From: Marsupella aquatica
Taxonomy: Eukaryota; Plantae; Marchantiophyta
Direction of reading: 5' to 3'
Length of the DNA: 64,000 nucleotides
Assembly: GCA_973895155.1 (NCBI GenBank)
Contig: OZ316893.1
Span: forward strand, 27,724,210 to 27,788,209
Both the position numbers and the translations under genes were made by a program. Numbering within the stretch: the stretch's first letter is position 1; each line of letters starts with the position of its first letter. Shown piece by piece: positions 24,833-38,339 of the stretch. A model generated the notes under the pieces. It was not told the origin of the DNA. It did not search any database and saw only the letters and a program-made list of their open reading frames with translations.

Positions 24833-27800
24833 TGCTATTATAGATAGCAACAATGAAATGGCTATAACTCACGATAGAATGGGTTCGTCATCTCCATTGT
24901 GGCTCTTCATCTCCATAAATCCCTCGTCATAAAATGACGGGCACGTGCTCTATATCTCATTTCCGTTCAATTAGAAGGCACCGACGAGCAGTTGGGACTT
25001 GTTCAAACGTGAATGAAAGCAAGGCTCCAACAACCTCAATGGGATCTACGTGTCTGAAAATCGTGTGGAACATTCTGTTTTTTTTCGATTATCGAATGGC
25101 ACACATTGAGTAGATAGATGAGTAACCATTGGCTTCCTGCAGACAGGAAATCTGAGTAAGTTGTTATGGGCTTGGTCATCTTTGATTTTCGCCCAAAGGA
25201 AGTCTGTCTGCTTGGTACTCTGCCACATGGATGGAGGAACCCGAAAACTGGGATCTGTGCATTCAGTGCAAACTACTGTACCAAAAAGCTCTGCCTCTAA
25301 GTTGCCCTACCTTTGCACTGTTCTCCTGAATTGCCATCAGGAAAAGGGAGACCTCAGGATCAATGCCCGCTTTGTGCCAATGGAACTGCACCAAGGTATC
25401 TGAACTACGTTACGGTCGTAATGGTTAGGAGAGCACTTAGATCCAGATCTGCACTTTGATCCAGATCTGTTTGATGCACTTCAACCTGGGCATCGGCTCA
25501 TACATTTTGTGAGTGGCTATCGGAAGAATTGTTCTGACGGTGTCCCTCCTTCAAGTAATCAAATTACAATGGATGAGAATAACTGACGTCCATCCTATTG
25601 TAGACTCTAATAAAGATGTTGGACTTGTAACCCCCTGGTTGAACTATTGTGTTTGAGCTTGCTTCTCTGACCAACATGTGGCTGTTCTACTCCTGGATTT
25701 GCCATGCAGTCCTGAGCTTGACCGTGGTGCACAAAGGTACCATAAGCATCTGTGTCATCTCCAGATCTGCCATGCAGCATGAACTGGGTTAAGGTCACAG
25801 AAGCCTTTCAAAATGTGCCAGTGTAGTCGGACAGGTGACCTGTTGGAATTACTCTCATTCTCTATTTGACTTAATTAACAGATATTGCTGAGAGTTTGGC
25901 AGAGGCTATCTATAATCTCTCTCAAAGCAGCTGCGTCCTTGGAGGGTATTGTCTGGACGTTCTTCAGTAAATGTTGGTGTATTTTATAAACCTGCTCTCT
26001 TGTATAGTCTGTTGTCACTCTATGACAACCTTTTAAGCAAACATAACATCTCAAAATATTTTTTGCTCAGACCCTAGCGAAAAAGTTCTTGACGATTTTG
26101 TATCTGAGATTTAGAACAGGCAACATGTCATCGTACAACCTGATGCCTTGAAGCATCATCAACAACTTACAGAACAAGCCATTGAAACTGTCAATTACAG
26201 GCCTCGTGTCTACCTTATCAATTCAATTTAAAGAAAGTGGATATCATGCAATCTTTCGCATTTCACTTCGAATGTTCGGTTTTGCATATATTTCACAATC
26301 GTGGAGACACAACTGTTGCAGGATGGCACAAGTGTGTTACGACACTTCTCTCATTTTGAGTGTACGACTTGAGAAAACTAAAAAAAAACTAAGAAAGTTG
26401 CGAACTATTGTCAATATCCCAATTTGTCACTTAGGCTGAAGGATGTTCCATAACATGGTCCAAGCTGCCACCAACATCTGTAGTTACGTTGTAAGTTAAT
26501 TATTTTTAAATGGTGAATCAACCAGCAGATCCGTGGTATGGGCAATCCAACCAGTGATATGAATAAAACGATATGAGTAGTCTCACCAGTCACGAGATGA
26601 AGAAATTGACAGGTGGTTTGGATAGATGGGACCGGTGAGATATGAAAGACCAGCACTTTGTTCTATGTTGATCGAGGCCTGGGGAAACCCATGGAAAGCC
26701 CAAATTTTATGCATGATTGGACTCTTTTGGTTGAACTCAGCGGATCAAATGGCTTGTCTCCTTTAGCAGCTATTGACGAGTGACCATACTTCGTAAACTT
26801 TTGACTCCAGTTTCGTCAAGGCAAGACGCAATCAAGTTTTTTGATCTCATCTGGAAAGAAACTTCAAGCCAGTGGCAAATGACCACTAGGCCTGGGAAGA
26901 ATCGCGCGAGAAGAAAATTGACCGTGTATGATGCAATGTTTACTTAATGATTCACATTTTTGCCGATGAATCACTCTTATGGTGTGGTCCGACTGCCATC
27001 ACCCAAAATGCTCCCTTCTTGATACGGCTTCTAGATAGAGGCCTAGTTCATCGGACTGAACGGTTCCCTAAATGAAGCGTACGATTGACCATTGCTGCAT
27101 GCCTCGCCATGTCTCCCGCATGTAGCCGTATCAGATGAATTTCACTTGCACGATTTAAATGTTCTGCGAAATCTGCTGAACTTCGGTCAGACATTGACTA
27201 AAGTTGCCCTACAATTTTGTTCTAGCTATTGGGCTTGAAGGATGCTTTTACAGGTCAAGAACAGCCTCGCATGAAGCTCTGAGGAAAGAGACTATTATCA
27301 AAGCAGCTTGCAGAGGCAGAGGTACATATTCATGAATCTAGTACAGAGCAAATACACTACGGTAGGCCAGCTGAAACAACAAAACATATATATCAGTCAG
27401 GCACCCGAATTAACCGCTCTGACTTCTCTATCTTTGGTAGTTATCAATCTTACTTTAGCTAAACGACTTTTCTCCGAGTGTGATCAAAGTTTGAAGACTA
27501 ATATGAACTTACCGAAAAGAGGACAAATCCGTCATGCATTGTCCTGTTTTTCATCTCCAAGGCATATCCTCTATTTGGGTCCAATCACTCTCGTCACGTG
27601 TTGCACGAACCAAAAGCAACTGGGACTCTATGCGTCTCCAAAATCCAACAAGCATGTCGTTTGATTACCAACTTCTGCTAAATTAATGCTAAATTAATGA
27701 CATTACTCACATTCACTCATCCTCTGCGTGATGTCGCCAGCATTCTGAATCCATAATGTACTGAATTCTGCGTACCTATGGACTCGAAAGTATTCCGCTC

Positions 27801-29402
27801 TGCAAGAATCGGTCGTCTGCCTGTGAGAATGCTTTTTATTGAAGATCAAGGACCGACGCGCAAGGAATGATGAACTCGAGGAAGCAAAAAACAGAGGACA
27901 AACCATACTGAGGGGAGCTTCAATTGTCTTTTAGGGAACAACGTGCAAAGTAGATGAAGCAACATTTCATTTCATGCGTCACTCCCGTAACGATTCAATT
28001 TCAAGTTTTAGTGGGGCATCAAAACTCCATAACCAGACTTCATGCCCGTCCCTACCGTAAAAGTTCCTGCCTTGCTTCGACTGCTCATTCCCACCTTGGC
28101 AAATGAGAAAACCAGAAAACAATGGCTGGTGGGTCCAGCTTTGGTCGACTACTTATTTTTTAAGGTTGTTACTTTTTGCCAATGTCGACTCTTTGAAGGA
28201 GTAAATGCTCAAAATATTGATTTTCCCTCAATATTAATTATCTGATTTTCCTGGAATATTAACTGACCGTCAGATCTCCCTTCCCTAGATTTAAGGATAA
28301 TTAGATTCTGGCTAATGGGGCCTGTGATAGGTAGGACACTGGCTGATGAGACTAAGAAAAAATGGCGGAAAGCTTTTTTTGCCACTAAAAAAAGGCTGTT
28401 GACTATGTAGTTACCAAACGTACTCAAATACCATACTGTAAGGCGGACATCATGCGTGGTACCTGTTTCCAAGTGTGTATAGATAAGGCGCATCGGAAAG
28501 CTCATGAAGTTGGAAATTTGGCTTTTACCCTCTTGACTGAATGTGTTCAGTCCTTGAGGGCCCAACTCGCATGGAAGCGGGCCTTTGCAAATAAATAGGA
28601 AAACTATTCATTCCTAGCCCTTAATATTTATTGATCAATGGTGAGAACCATGTAACTTGGTTTGTGCATAATGAGGCAGCCAAGGGATACGTTTTGTCCT
28701 TTGTCAAGCAGATTTTAGTCTGACAAGTGGGAGGTTTGTGATGTCAACTCAAGGGCAAAAAGGAGACAAGGCCAAGAAAAAGGACTTTAGTTTGGAAATA
28801 CCAACTGAAGATGTCATTTGAGGACATTAAGTAGTCGGTCTCTGCTGCCCTCCATTTTGGGCTGTTTGTGCTTGTGGCATGTTTTGGGCTGTTTGTGCTT
28901 GGCTTCCCCTCATCCCTGGGTTTTACACTGAATCAATGATATCTGCTATAAAAAAATCCAGAAGAAAAAAAAGTTGAGAAAATGGACGCACTCATAATCT
29001 CATAAAGAGTAATTCTATATGGGTTAATAACTACTAGTGGGTCGACTAAGTTAAAGGCAAAATCAAGTCAAATCCTTACAACTTCTCCCTCTCAACCAAA
29101 TGGTCTGAAACATTTCTCAAAGATAGAGGAAAGTTAGGGGAATATGTATTTAGCTCAGATGACTTCTGAGTTGTGAGTAAAAACAAAAATGATACCCCGA
29201 CTCTGCCCTGAGCCAACTCAGTGCACGGCCATAAAACCAACCTGAATCCCTACAATTTCATTTTTTTCTCCCCACTTAACCGAATGTGTTGAAGATTTGC
29301 TCAGATATAGAGGGAAACTGGGGAAACATATCGATATAACTTGGTCCCAAGTCATCAGTTAAAGATGGAATGATACCCCAACTTTATCTTGAGCCAATCT
29401 TA

Positions 29403-29813
29403 GGGTGGCTTTACAAGAGCTTTGGGGCAGCAATTCCTTTTTTTCTAAAGATGTAATTCTAACCATTGATATGTGGGAACTGGTCACACTTCACTTTACA
29501 TGAACTTGGGGGCACAATCAAGCGAAAGCATTACTGAATAGACATTACCGAACATTACCAAATCTGTCTGTGGGCCCCTTGTGGGCCCCCTTTTTTGCTG
29601 ATGTGTGCAAACTTTTTTGTCAAAAACTTTGACCTCCTCTTGAGGTGGTCTAAAAACTTGGAGGAAAGGGCCGCTTGTTTTCAGGGCATTGTATTGATTA
29701 TTTCCAAACCTGACACATTTTTGCTCAGGCATTTTAAGCTTTGTGTAAGGAAATGGCCATCAGCTCAGCTTTAATGGAGAGACACTGAACGGCCCCGTCT
29801 TGTAAAGCCCCCC
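29403..29813. mobile_element. Tourist-like (PIF/Harbinger) MITE
   Basis: 16-bp TIR GGG(T/G)GGCTTTACAAGA with TTA TSD on both sides (29400-29402 and 29814-29816). Confidence 0.88.
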
Positions 29814-31683
29814 TTACAGTATGCCAACTTTACAAAAGCCTACCAAGTTGAAGCCAAGAAACCAAAATGAACCTTAATCCCTGGGGTTTGTCATTTCCTC
29901 AAATTGAACTGTAGTCCCCTTCAAATCAGGCCACAATGTGGTACTAACCGCAGTGGATTCAACTGGTTCGTCCAGTCCCAGACAAGGAACCTGCTCGGAA
30001 TTTTAGGGTTAGGGTTAACAATACGAAATGCTGGAAAGAAACGCCGAACTGATCGCAGCTATATAATCGTTTTCACGATCTTGTGCAGCAGAGGAGACTG
30101 TTTATGTAGAGCTGCGCGGAAGTCAGTTTGAGCTGGACTAGTTGGCCGTCGTCGACCTTGACGGATAGGTCGTCGGTGTGAATTTGGGGTGATCGATTTT
30201 CTATAGAAAACCGTCTAGAAGAACTTTCCGTTAACTGATTGGTTTCTGTGGTTTAGTGTTTGTGGCACATTTCGCATTAGTTTAGCAAGTTTCTAGCTAA
30301 GGTGTTTCGCATATGCAGTAGATGGAAGGCTTAGATTTCTTTGGTCTACTTATCCCGAAATCCTCGGTGCTTATTCAATTGTTAGACAAGGGTTCCAGGG
30401 ACTCTTGCTTATGCATGCGAGCTTCGTTCTTTTACACCTCATGAAACAAGTATGGCAAACTTAGCGAAGTGTTTGTCTATGGACACACAAAGTGTAGAAT
30501 TGCCCCCATGCACCACCTTGTGTGAGTCAGTAAGGTGAACGCGACCTCCACCATTCCGCCATTGCCCCGAGAGCTGGAAGGCTTTGAACGCTTAAGTCTC
30601 TATCAGAGCTCCTGGCTTTGGTACGTAACAAATCGGCGCACCGCGTCACTTAGGTCGTGCAGCGAGTTATATTTTGACGTAGGGAAGTAGAAAGGTGAGG
30701 TGCAAATGATGTGTTTGATATGCACAAGTAAACTCAGCGGAGGCTTAGTCGATAGGCGCATGAGCCAAAGCCTTGTACTGATGCACCTCTCTTATGTCTG
30801 TTGAGTATGGGCATTAGCGCCTTTTCGCAAAGGCGTATGTCCGAGCAAGTTTGAAAGGCATGTCGGAGACTTACGTCGATGGTTCACGCTCTGCAAATGT
30901 GATGCAGGGCTGGATGGAAATACTTCCTTCGAGGTTCCGTCGGAACTGTAGACCAGCCAGATTTAGGGCAGATCTCTGCGGCAGAGTAAGCTGCCCTTCC
31001 CGGCACGACGACTGATACGTTCCCAATACGATGTCGGCAATGGTTGACATTCTGGCGTGGGAGTCGGATCTCTTGGCAAGTATTGCCGCATCTTTCCATC
31101 CACATTCCCCCTCTGTAGTTGGTGTACTTGGACTGTCGGACTGTCGTAATTAGCATACTACAGATTAGTACTCCCGTTTTCATTCTAATATCTCTTTTTG
31201 AATGTCTCCTCGCTCCACCTCGATCATAAGGGCGTGATGCATGGCCACAGTAGGCTCCTAGTGGGGGGTTAGCAATTAGTTCTAGGGTTGTGGCTACTTG
31301 TTATAATTACTATGCGCCACTGTACCCGGAATACTCAACTCATTCTAGATTGCGGGAAAGATCAAGTATTTGGCCCGGCAACAAAGCACACTATCGAGGG
31401 CAGGAGAAGTGGAAGAACTTCACTACACCCTGAAGTTAAAAGTGTGATCAGTCTATCTCATGTTCATGCATGCCAGTTTAACTGATGAAACATACCTACT
31501 GATATTACACTAAGTCAGACTTTAGTGTCAAACTACATCAAATCCATGCAGTTGCGTCTGTTTGTTGAGAGGCAGGCAGAAAAGATGGAGTCCTTTTACC
31601 ACGTCACCTACTGAACATCTCCTTCGAAAACTCACCAAGGAAGTCTTTGACGATTGTCTATGAACATCAATGAGCCCAGGCAC

Positions 31684-31960
31684 TTTTTAGAGTGATTTAA
31701 ACCCTCCAATTGTGGATAGTACAGTGGAATGCACTGCTTAGAGTGACCTAAACACTCCAATAGTAGATAGTACAGTGGAATGCTGTTCCACATACAATGG
31801 AATACTTGTTTACAGTGATCGAACCCTTAAACCAATTCCCAATGGGAATGAATCTCTACCAGTCAACACTTCCAGTTTTTGGAGTGGCCTAAACCGCCCT
31901 ATTGTGAAGTATACTGTTCTTTCACATGCAATCAAGACTTCGGTAGAGTGACCTCAACTT
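31684..31960. repeat. Degenerate tandem repeats
   Basis: Recurrent AGAGTGACCTAAAC.CTCCAAT.GT.GATAGTACAGTGGAAT units, at least 4 partial copies. Confidence 0.6.
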
Positions 31961-33499
31961 TCAACCACTTACCAATGTGCAAATGGTCTTAGGACAGTAA
32001 CTTTGTGTACACAAATAAATGCGGAATTCAAAATAAGCCACGGAGACACTTTTATGAATAGCTAAAATAAGGGAATTCAAACATAGACGAATGAAAGGGG
32101 AGTGTGGACCCCTGAAAATCACAATACTGAGAACATTCCAAACGAGAGAAACTATCTTCAGGTACAACTATAACACCCTATCTTGCCAAAACATATAATA
32201 GTCCGTTTACAAACGTTAAGGTCACATGATTGATTTCAATTTGTTTCCTACATTCAAAGGTTGCCACGCCAGGCTTTTTCCCCAATTATTTCTCATTAAG
32301 ACATTACCGTATGTCATACAGTGTCTATGCCGTGCCTCTTTTAAGCAGCTGCCTGATGCTCTGTGCATGATGTATGTGCTGCCGGGTAAGCTTGCAATCT
32401 GGGGTCAAGTTGAAATCTGAAAGCTAACTTAGATGCATTGGTCCTTCAACTAAGATATCTACACCATAGCTACTGTGCGGGGTATTGGGCTCTGCAATTT
32501 GCAGTGGTGAGCTGTTCACTCAGAGAGGACGGAAATGAGACAGATATACTGAGCTTTGCCGACAACATCTAAAGGAAGCCAGCAGGATAAGAATCGATTG
32601 GGCAAAACTCCAATCTCACATTCCCTTGAATAAAGAAATATATCAGCAAATGTAGGACATCTTTTTTAAGAGAGTACTCAAGTCAAAGAGATGAGAACGT
32701 AAGAGCTGAAGTTGATACACAACTCAAAATTCAAAATGCCAGATTGTGTTGACAAACATGCAAAGAAAATTACAACCAGGAACATTGTGTTGCATTGAGT
32801 TGCCAAGGTCTGTACATGAGAATCATCACAGTACTAGGTGATCAAGGCAACCATGTGATAGAGGAACACAGTGGCAGCCAGTTGTTGAGGTCCTCAGCTA
32901 CTTCCGCACAGTCTGCATGTGCCACTTCCAATCAGGGTATTACTCAACACTTAACATTTTGCTAAGGACAAGAGCCCGTCCCTTAAATGGGATAAAAAGT
33001 CTCCCCCATGCACCAATCAACTATACACGGTCGCCTTTATATCCCATTAAGAGACAGCTCCCATGCTTAACCATATACATTAAACACCTAGGACCAACTC
33101 ATTACAAAGCATAGTCTGTTTACAAATTCATTAAAAAGCTATAACCAACTCAGAACCAACTTGTTAAAAAGCATAGTCCAGGCATGTACAAACTCATTAA
33201 AAAGCGAGAACCAATATTGATCCTTCATCAAAATATTGTTTTTTAACTCTCTCAAATTCCTCCATACACCCCATCTAAAACAAATACCTGCCCTTTAGCC
33301 TGCCCTCACCTAGCCCAGATAAAAAACATAATTGGAAAATTAAAAATTCATTTAAATTTAAAAATTTGGAAAGAAACTTTGAATTGTTTTAATATCTTTT
33401 GAAATAAATAAATATAGAATTAAAATTTTCAAAGAAAACTTATTTTGTTCTGTCTGTTTGTGCTTGGATGAACAGTGGCAGCTATCTCGTGTCTCCAGT

Positions 33500-34123
33500 T
33501 TCTTTGTGTAACGCACGGGTTATTGAACACAACTTCAGCAATTCTATGGCTGGGATCACTCTTAACGTGCCTCAACAAGTACATTGCAATTTAGCTTATA
33601 TGTTTTTACCTTGCCTTGGGCATATTTTCCTAATCTTTACATATTTAACTTTCCTCTATATCTTTACCTTGCCTTGACATCTTTTTCTCATCTTGCCATT
33701 TTTTGTCACATTGACATCTTCATATCTCCACGACATTTTTCGTCACCCTCAAAATCTTTTCTCTAATATATCTTTTTCTGTCCTCAAGATCTTTTTCTCA
33801 GCAGCCTGGCTCCGCATCTTTTCGTCAGTCACCTAAGCGACATCTTTTCTCTCAAATGAATCATTGATATATTTTTCTCTCCTTAAGAGCGATTTTCTCA
33901 CCAGTTCTGGCTTGACATCTTTTTCTCACCTTAACATCTTTCTGTCACCCTCGAGATCTTTTCTCTCATTGACATCATTCCTTTTTCCTCATCTTTACAT
34001 CTTTTTCAAATTTTGCCATCATTTTCTCTCCTCAACATCTTTTCCTCACCTTGGCATCTTTTCTCTCATCGACATGTTTTTTCACCTCACCATATTTTGT
34101 ACAACGCATAGGCATGAGGCTAT
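33500..34123 (+). mobile_element. Degraded Helitron 3' fragment of the same family
   Basis: TTGACATCTTTT minisatellite ending in GTACAACGCATAGGCATGAGGCTAT, a decayed hairpin plus CTAG. Confidence 0.55.
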
Positions 34124-34333
34124 TCACAATAATTACAGTGAGTCACTGAATAATTCATAAGTAGATCAAGTATTCCACTCATGAAAGGAATTGGTCCTAT
34201 CTACTTCCATGCCCATAGAGTAATATGACTTTGGCTAAAGTGAAAAAGTCATGATAAAAAATTGCTGTTTGTGAAACACGAGCAAGAATTTTGGGTTCTA
34301 CTCGTGAATTAGTGCTATCTACTTCCATACTCA

Positions 34334-36575
34334 TCTACTTCTATAATATGCAATGCCGCCAAAAAGCTTTTTGTCTGCTTACAAATTCAGAAAGGGAGGG
34401 AACAAACCTGAGCCGTCAGATTTTTTCAAACTGTTTTTGTGCTCTTGGATCGATTGCTCATGTATGTCAAATGATATACTTATTTTAATAGTATATACAA
34501 AGTATATGAGATGATACTTATGTGACATCATGTTAAATGTGTTTTTGTCTTTTCAAGTATGAATGTACATTCCAATGGAAGGAGAATCTTTTGGGGCATG
34601 ATAAATTTTTGGATTTTTCATGGCCTATGAGACTCTAGAAGGAAGGAAAATGGGTTAATTTTGCTCCTTTTTTTTCTTCTCTGTATTTTCTTCTGTTTAC
34701 TTAATGGTCCGAATGTAAGAAAAAAAGGGAGGAATGGAGTGGCATAGGGGTGAACAAATAGGAAAAAGGGGGAGAGTAAAAATGAAAATATTCCCCTCCC
34801 AACAGTATCAAAGCATCTGGGGGCCATCATCTCTCTTGCACTCCATCTCACCCTTCCACATCCTTGCTCTCCCCAACAATATAGTTCTCACAACAAAACA
34901 ACATCTTATTCCAATATAAAATAAAAATGCAAAAGCAGTCAACTTTTTTTTTCATGTTTTGATTATATCGGTCCCAAATTTGTTATTCCATCTATACCTC
35001 CAACTGGGCCTCCAACATTCTCTTTGAAAATATTTTCAAAAAATGCATCCTTAATGAAGGCCAAGTCACAGAAGATCACACTCCCAACATCTTTTCTCTG
35101 ACCACAGGACATGTCTTGCTTGACATGCCCCCTCATCTCTACTAGTCTCACTTTTGCCCTAATTCTTTCCCCAGTCAGGAGCCCATCTCTTTGCCCCACT
35201 TTGCATATTTTGTCCAGTCTTTTGTTCCATCTTTTGTATCATTAACAATAAAGATTTCTTGCCCAACTCTTGCCCATGGACTCTTATCACCCATTTGCGC
35301 CTTATCCCATATTTTTGTGTTCACTTGAATTACATTATTTGATTACATAATTTCATGTGTTATTTTGAACAAGATCTCCTCATTGACAACACTTTTCACA
35401 TGAAATGGGCAAGAAAGAATTATGGAAAATCCAATATTTTCAGTTTGATCCACCTAAAAACCCCAGCTTTTAATCAACAGTTCTTTACCTTACCTCAATG
35501 TATCTATGCAATGCTTTGGCAGCGGGCTTGGCAACAACATGGCCGCAAGACCAGCTTAGCCACAACACCGAGGTCATTACTAGAGTGACTGGCATCGTCA
35601 TAACGACGACATGGCCGCAACAACATATGAAATGTCTAAACAACTTTCTTGCCTGGCTTGCATTAATTTGCATTATCTACATTTCTTTGGCTCACTTGCA
35701 TCGTTTTGCATTTCTTTGCCTCGACCGACTCAAAATGTTCACATCACCCCAAATCTTTGCCTCAATGCAACATACATTTAAACTTGCATCAACATTTTTG
35801 TCTTCTTTTGCCTAAACATCTTTTGCTTATCTCAAAATGTTTTTATCTCCTCCACTCACGTCGAATCTTTTCACTCCTCAACTTTTTTCTCTTCTCAAAA
35901 TCTTTTTCTCATCTCAACCTCTTTTTTATCTCTTTGACATGTTTTCTCACCTGGACATCTTTTCTCTCTCGGCATTCTTTATCACCTCAACATTTTTTGC
36001 TCACCTTGACATATCTTTTCTCCTTGAAATCTTTTTCTCATCTCAACATCTATTTCTCCCCTCAACATCTTTTGCCTACCTTGACATCTTTTGCTCACCT
36101 TGAAAGCTTTTCTGTTAGACTCAACCTTTTTTTATCACCCGGACATCGTTTGCTCACTTGGACATCTTTTATCTCCTTGACATGTTTGATCACCTTAACA
36201 TCTTTTGTTCACCTTGCCTTTTTTTTCTCTCTTTGACATCTTTTTTTCTCTCTTTGACATCTTTTATCACTTGGACATCTTTTGCTCACCTTGATATCAT
36301 TTCCTCTCCTTAACATCTTTTATCACCTTGACATCTTTGTTCTCTCTTTGACATCTTTTATCACTTGGACATCTTTTGCTCACCTTGATATCATTTTCTC
36401 TCCTCAAAATCTTTTATCACCTTGACATCTTTTTTCTCTCTTTGACATCTTTTGTCACTTGCCCATATTTTGCTCACCTGCGCTTGACATCTTCTGTTCA
36501 CTTTGACATCTTTGATCTCCTCAACATCTTTTGTCACCTCGACATCTTTCGTGCAACGCATGGGCATTGGGCTAG
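34334..36575 (+). mobile_element. Non-autonomous Helitron, copy 2
   Basis: 5' A|TCTACTTCTATAATATGCAATGCCGCC; 3' CGTGCAACGCATGGGCATTGGGCTAG|T; colinear similarity to 2172-3765; expanded minisatellite at ~35750-36550. Confidence 0.85.
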
Positions 36576-36954
36576 TACAGTAATATCACTTGAACCAGAG
36601 TGAAGAAATGATGAAGAAAAACTGTTTTGAGTCAATGGCAAAAATAAGTGCAGCTAGCTTGGACTCAAATTCATGTTCACCAAAATTCTAGGCCTAACAT
36701 TAATTTTCTAGTTACAACATTGATTCTTTCATAACAATAAAATATTACTGCGAATAATGTAACTTGTATCTTTGTCCTTCTTTGCATTCACTTATGTTAG
36801 ACACGCTTGTCTGCAGCCCCATCTACAGCTCATAATTAATCGGAGCCTGACTTTCACCTGTCTTATGCCCCCTTGTCTGACAACCCTATACTCCATCCTT
36901 TAACTTGATTGTCTTCAACACCCTTGTTCATTCATAAGCTTAGCAACTTTTTAC

Positions 36955-37283
36955 CTCAAGAGTATCACTTCCATGGAAGTGGCACATCACGTGCAACTAA
37001 GCATAGGCCCATTTAAATGGGTGTGACCAAAAACTTCCAAAGTTTTGTGGAAGAACAAATAGGCATGATTTATTGATTGGTTGGCTTTAAAGAACAATAT
37101 GCCTATTTAATTGTAAAAAAATACTTTCTTCAAAGTTTTAAACTAAGGATTTTCTACTAAAAAATAGCAAATTTTAAAGAAAGAAAGGGTGTTGCAAAAA
37201 AACAAAATTCACTTATAAGTTAAGGGGGTCAAATCCTAAAACATCGCACGCAATGTATGACCCTCCATATAGTGACCCCCAAG
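36955..37283. mobile_element. MITE, older copy of the 15654-15950 family
   Basis: Termini CTCAAGAGTATCACTT...ATAGTGACCCCCAAG; 8-bp TSD with one mismatch (CTTTTTAC / CTTTTCAC); shared internal sequence at both ends. Confidence 0.75.
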
Positions 37284-37600
37284 CTTTTCACTAGGTTGTC
37301 ACCCAAACTGCAGGTTAATTACTACAAAACTAATTGCCAATCTATTTTAACTAATAGTACATTGCCCCACCAAACCTAGGTGGCTTTACCTACCCCATAG
37401 TCCGGTCCATGAAAGCTCCCCATTGGTTGTCCATCTCCCCAAGTGAGATAGCCTAATTTTAAACCCTAAACAAATTGCTATCCTGGTTTGGACTTGTCCG
37501 ACAAGTAAGGGTTTTGGACCCTGGAAAATGACAAATGACACACCCGGTCATCCCGGCCCTGATCCCGACCTCGACCTCGACCCCCGGCCCCGGTCCGGCC

Positions 37601-37772
37601 TGTTAGGATTTACTCTTAGGTAACGACTGTACCTTAGTTAATTAGGGGTAACCCTAGTCACAGACTAGGTTTAGGTTAGTCATGCTGCACACACACTAAT
37701 ATACCCATTCAAGCGGCGTTCGCTTGGAGAGTAAGAACTCAGGCTCATTACAATTGCCGTCTATGCTCAACA
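37601..37772. mobile_element. 172-bp solo LTR
   Basis: TGTT...AACA termini flanked by 5-bp TSD CGGCC (37596-37600 and 37773-37777). Confidence 0.8.
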
Positions 37773-37877
37773 CGGCCGGCCCACACCCCGGCCCGACCTA
37801 CCTTACCCGGCCCCAACCCCGACTCCAAACCGGGGAGCTGGCTCACTAAATCGGGGGAGTCGGGGACCAGGCCAGGA

Positions 37878-38012
37878 TGTTGAACATAGACGACAATCAC
37901 AACAGCAAGCCCATGAACCATCCAACGCACAAGTATTGACACCGAGAGATACGTGGTTCACCTCCACATGAGGCTACGTCCACGGGAACACACAAGAGCT
38001 TTACTGCACTCT
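37878..38012. repeat. LTR fragment of a related copia family
   Basis: CGTGGTTCACCTC...GGCTACGTCCACGGGAA...AGCTTTA matches the motif at ~13405-13452 in the copia LTR. Confidence 0.6.
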
Positions 38013-38339
38013 AGGTTGACTGAGCAAACATCGCTATGGGTAAAGTGTGTGCACAACATGTGGGAGGGGTCGGGAAAGTTTGGGGCCGGCTGGGGAATGT
38101 CGGCAAATATGCAACAAATGACCCCTTTTGGAGCCAACAAATGACAAGTTGTTGTCGAGGTTGTTGTGTCCGACTGCATGACAACTTGTCCGTCAGTTCA
38201 AACGGGGATTGCTATGTGCCCGTCCCTGCCTTTGTTGTCGCTGTCACAGCATCGGGCACAACATCAGCCCAAAACTAGGAGCATGTGGCCTGCAGGCCTG
38301 CCCCTAAACTGTCATTGTTGTCTCAAAGTTTAGCAGTGG

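Noticed and set aside
24900-28600. Many 60-120 aa ORFs here and at 39900-50000
   Set aside because: No recognisable domains or consistent exon chain; treated as intergenic or highly decayed sequence
35706-36603. ORFs of 75-176 aa rich in Leu/Phe/Ser/His
   Set aside because: Translation artefacts of the Helitron minisatellite
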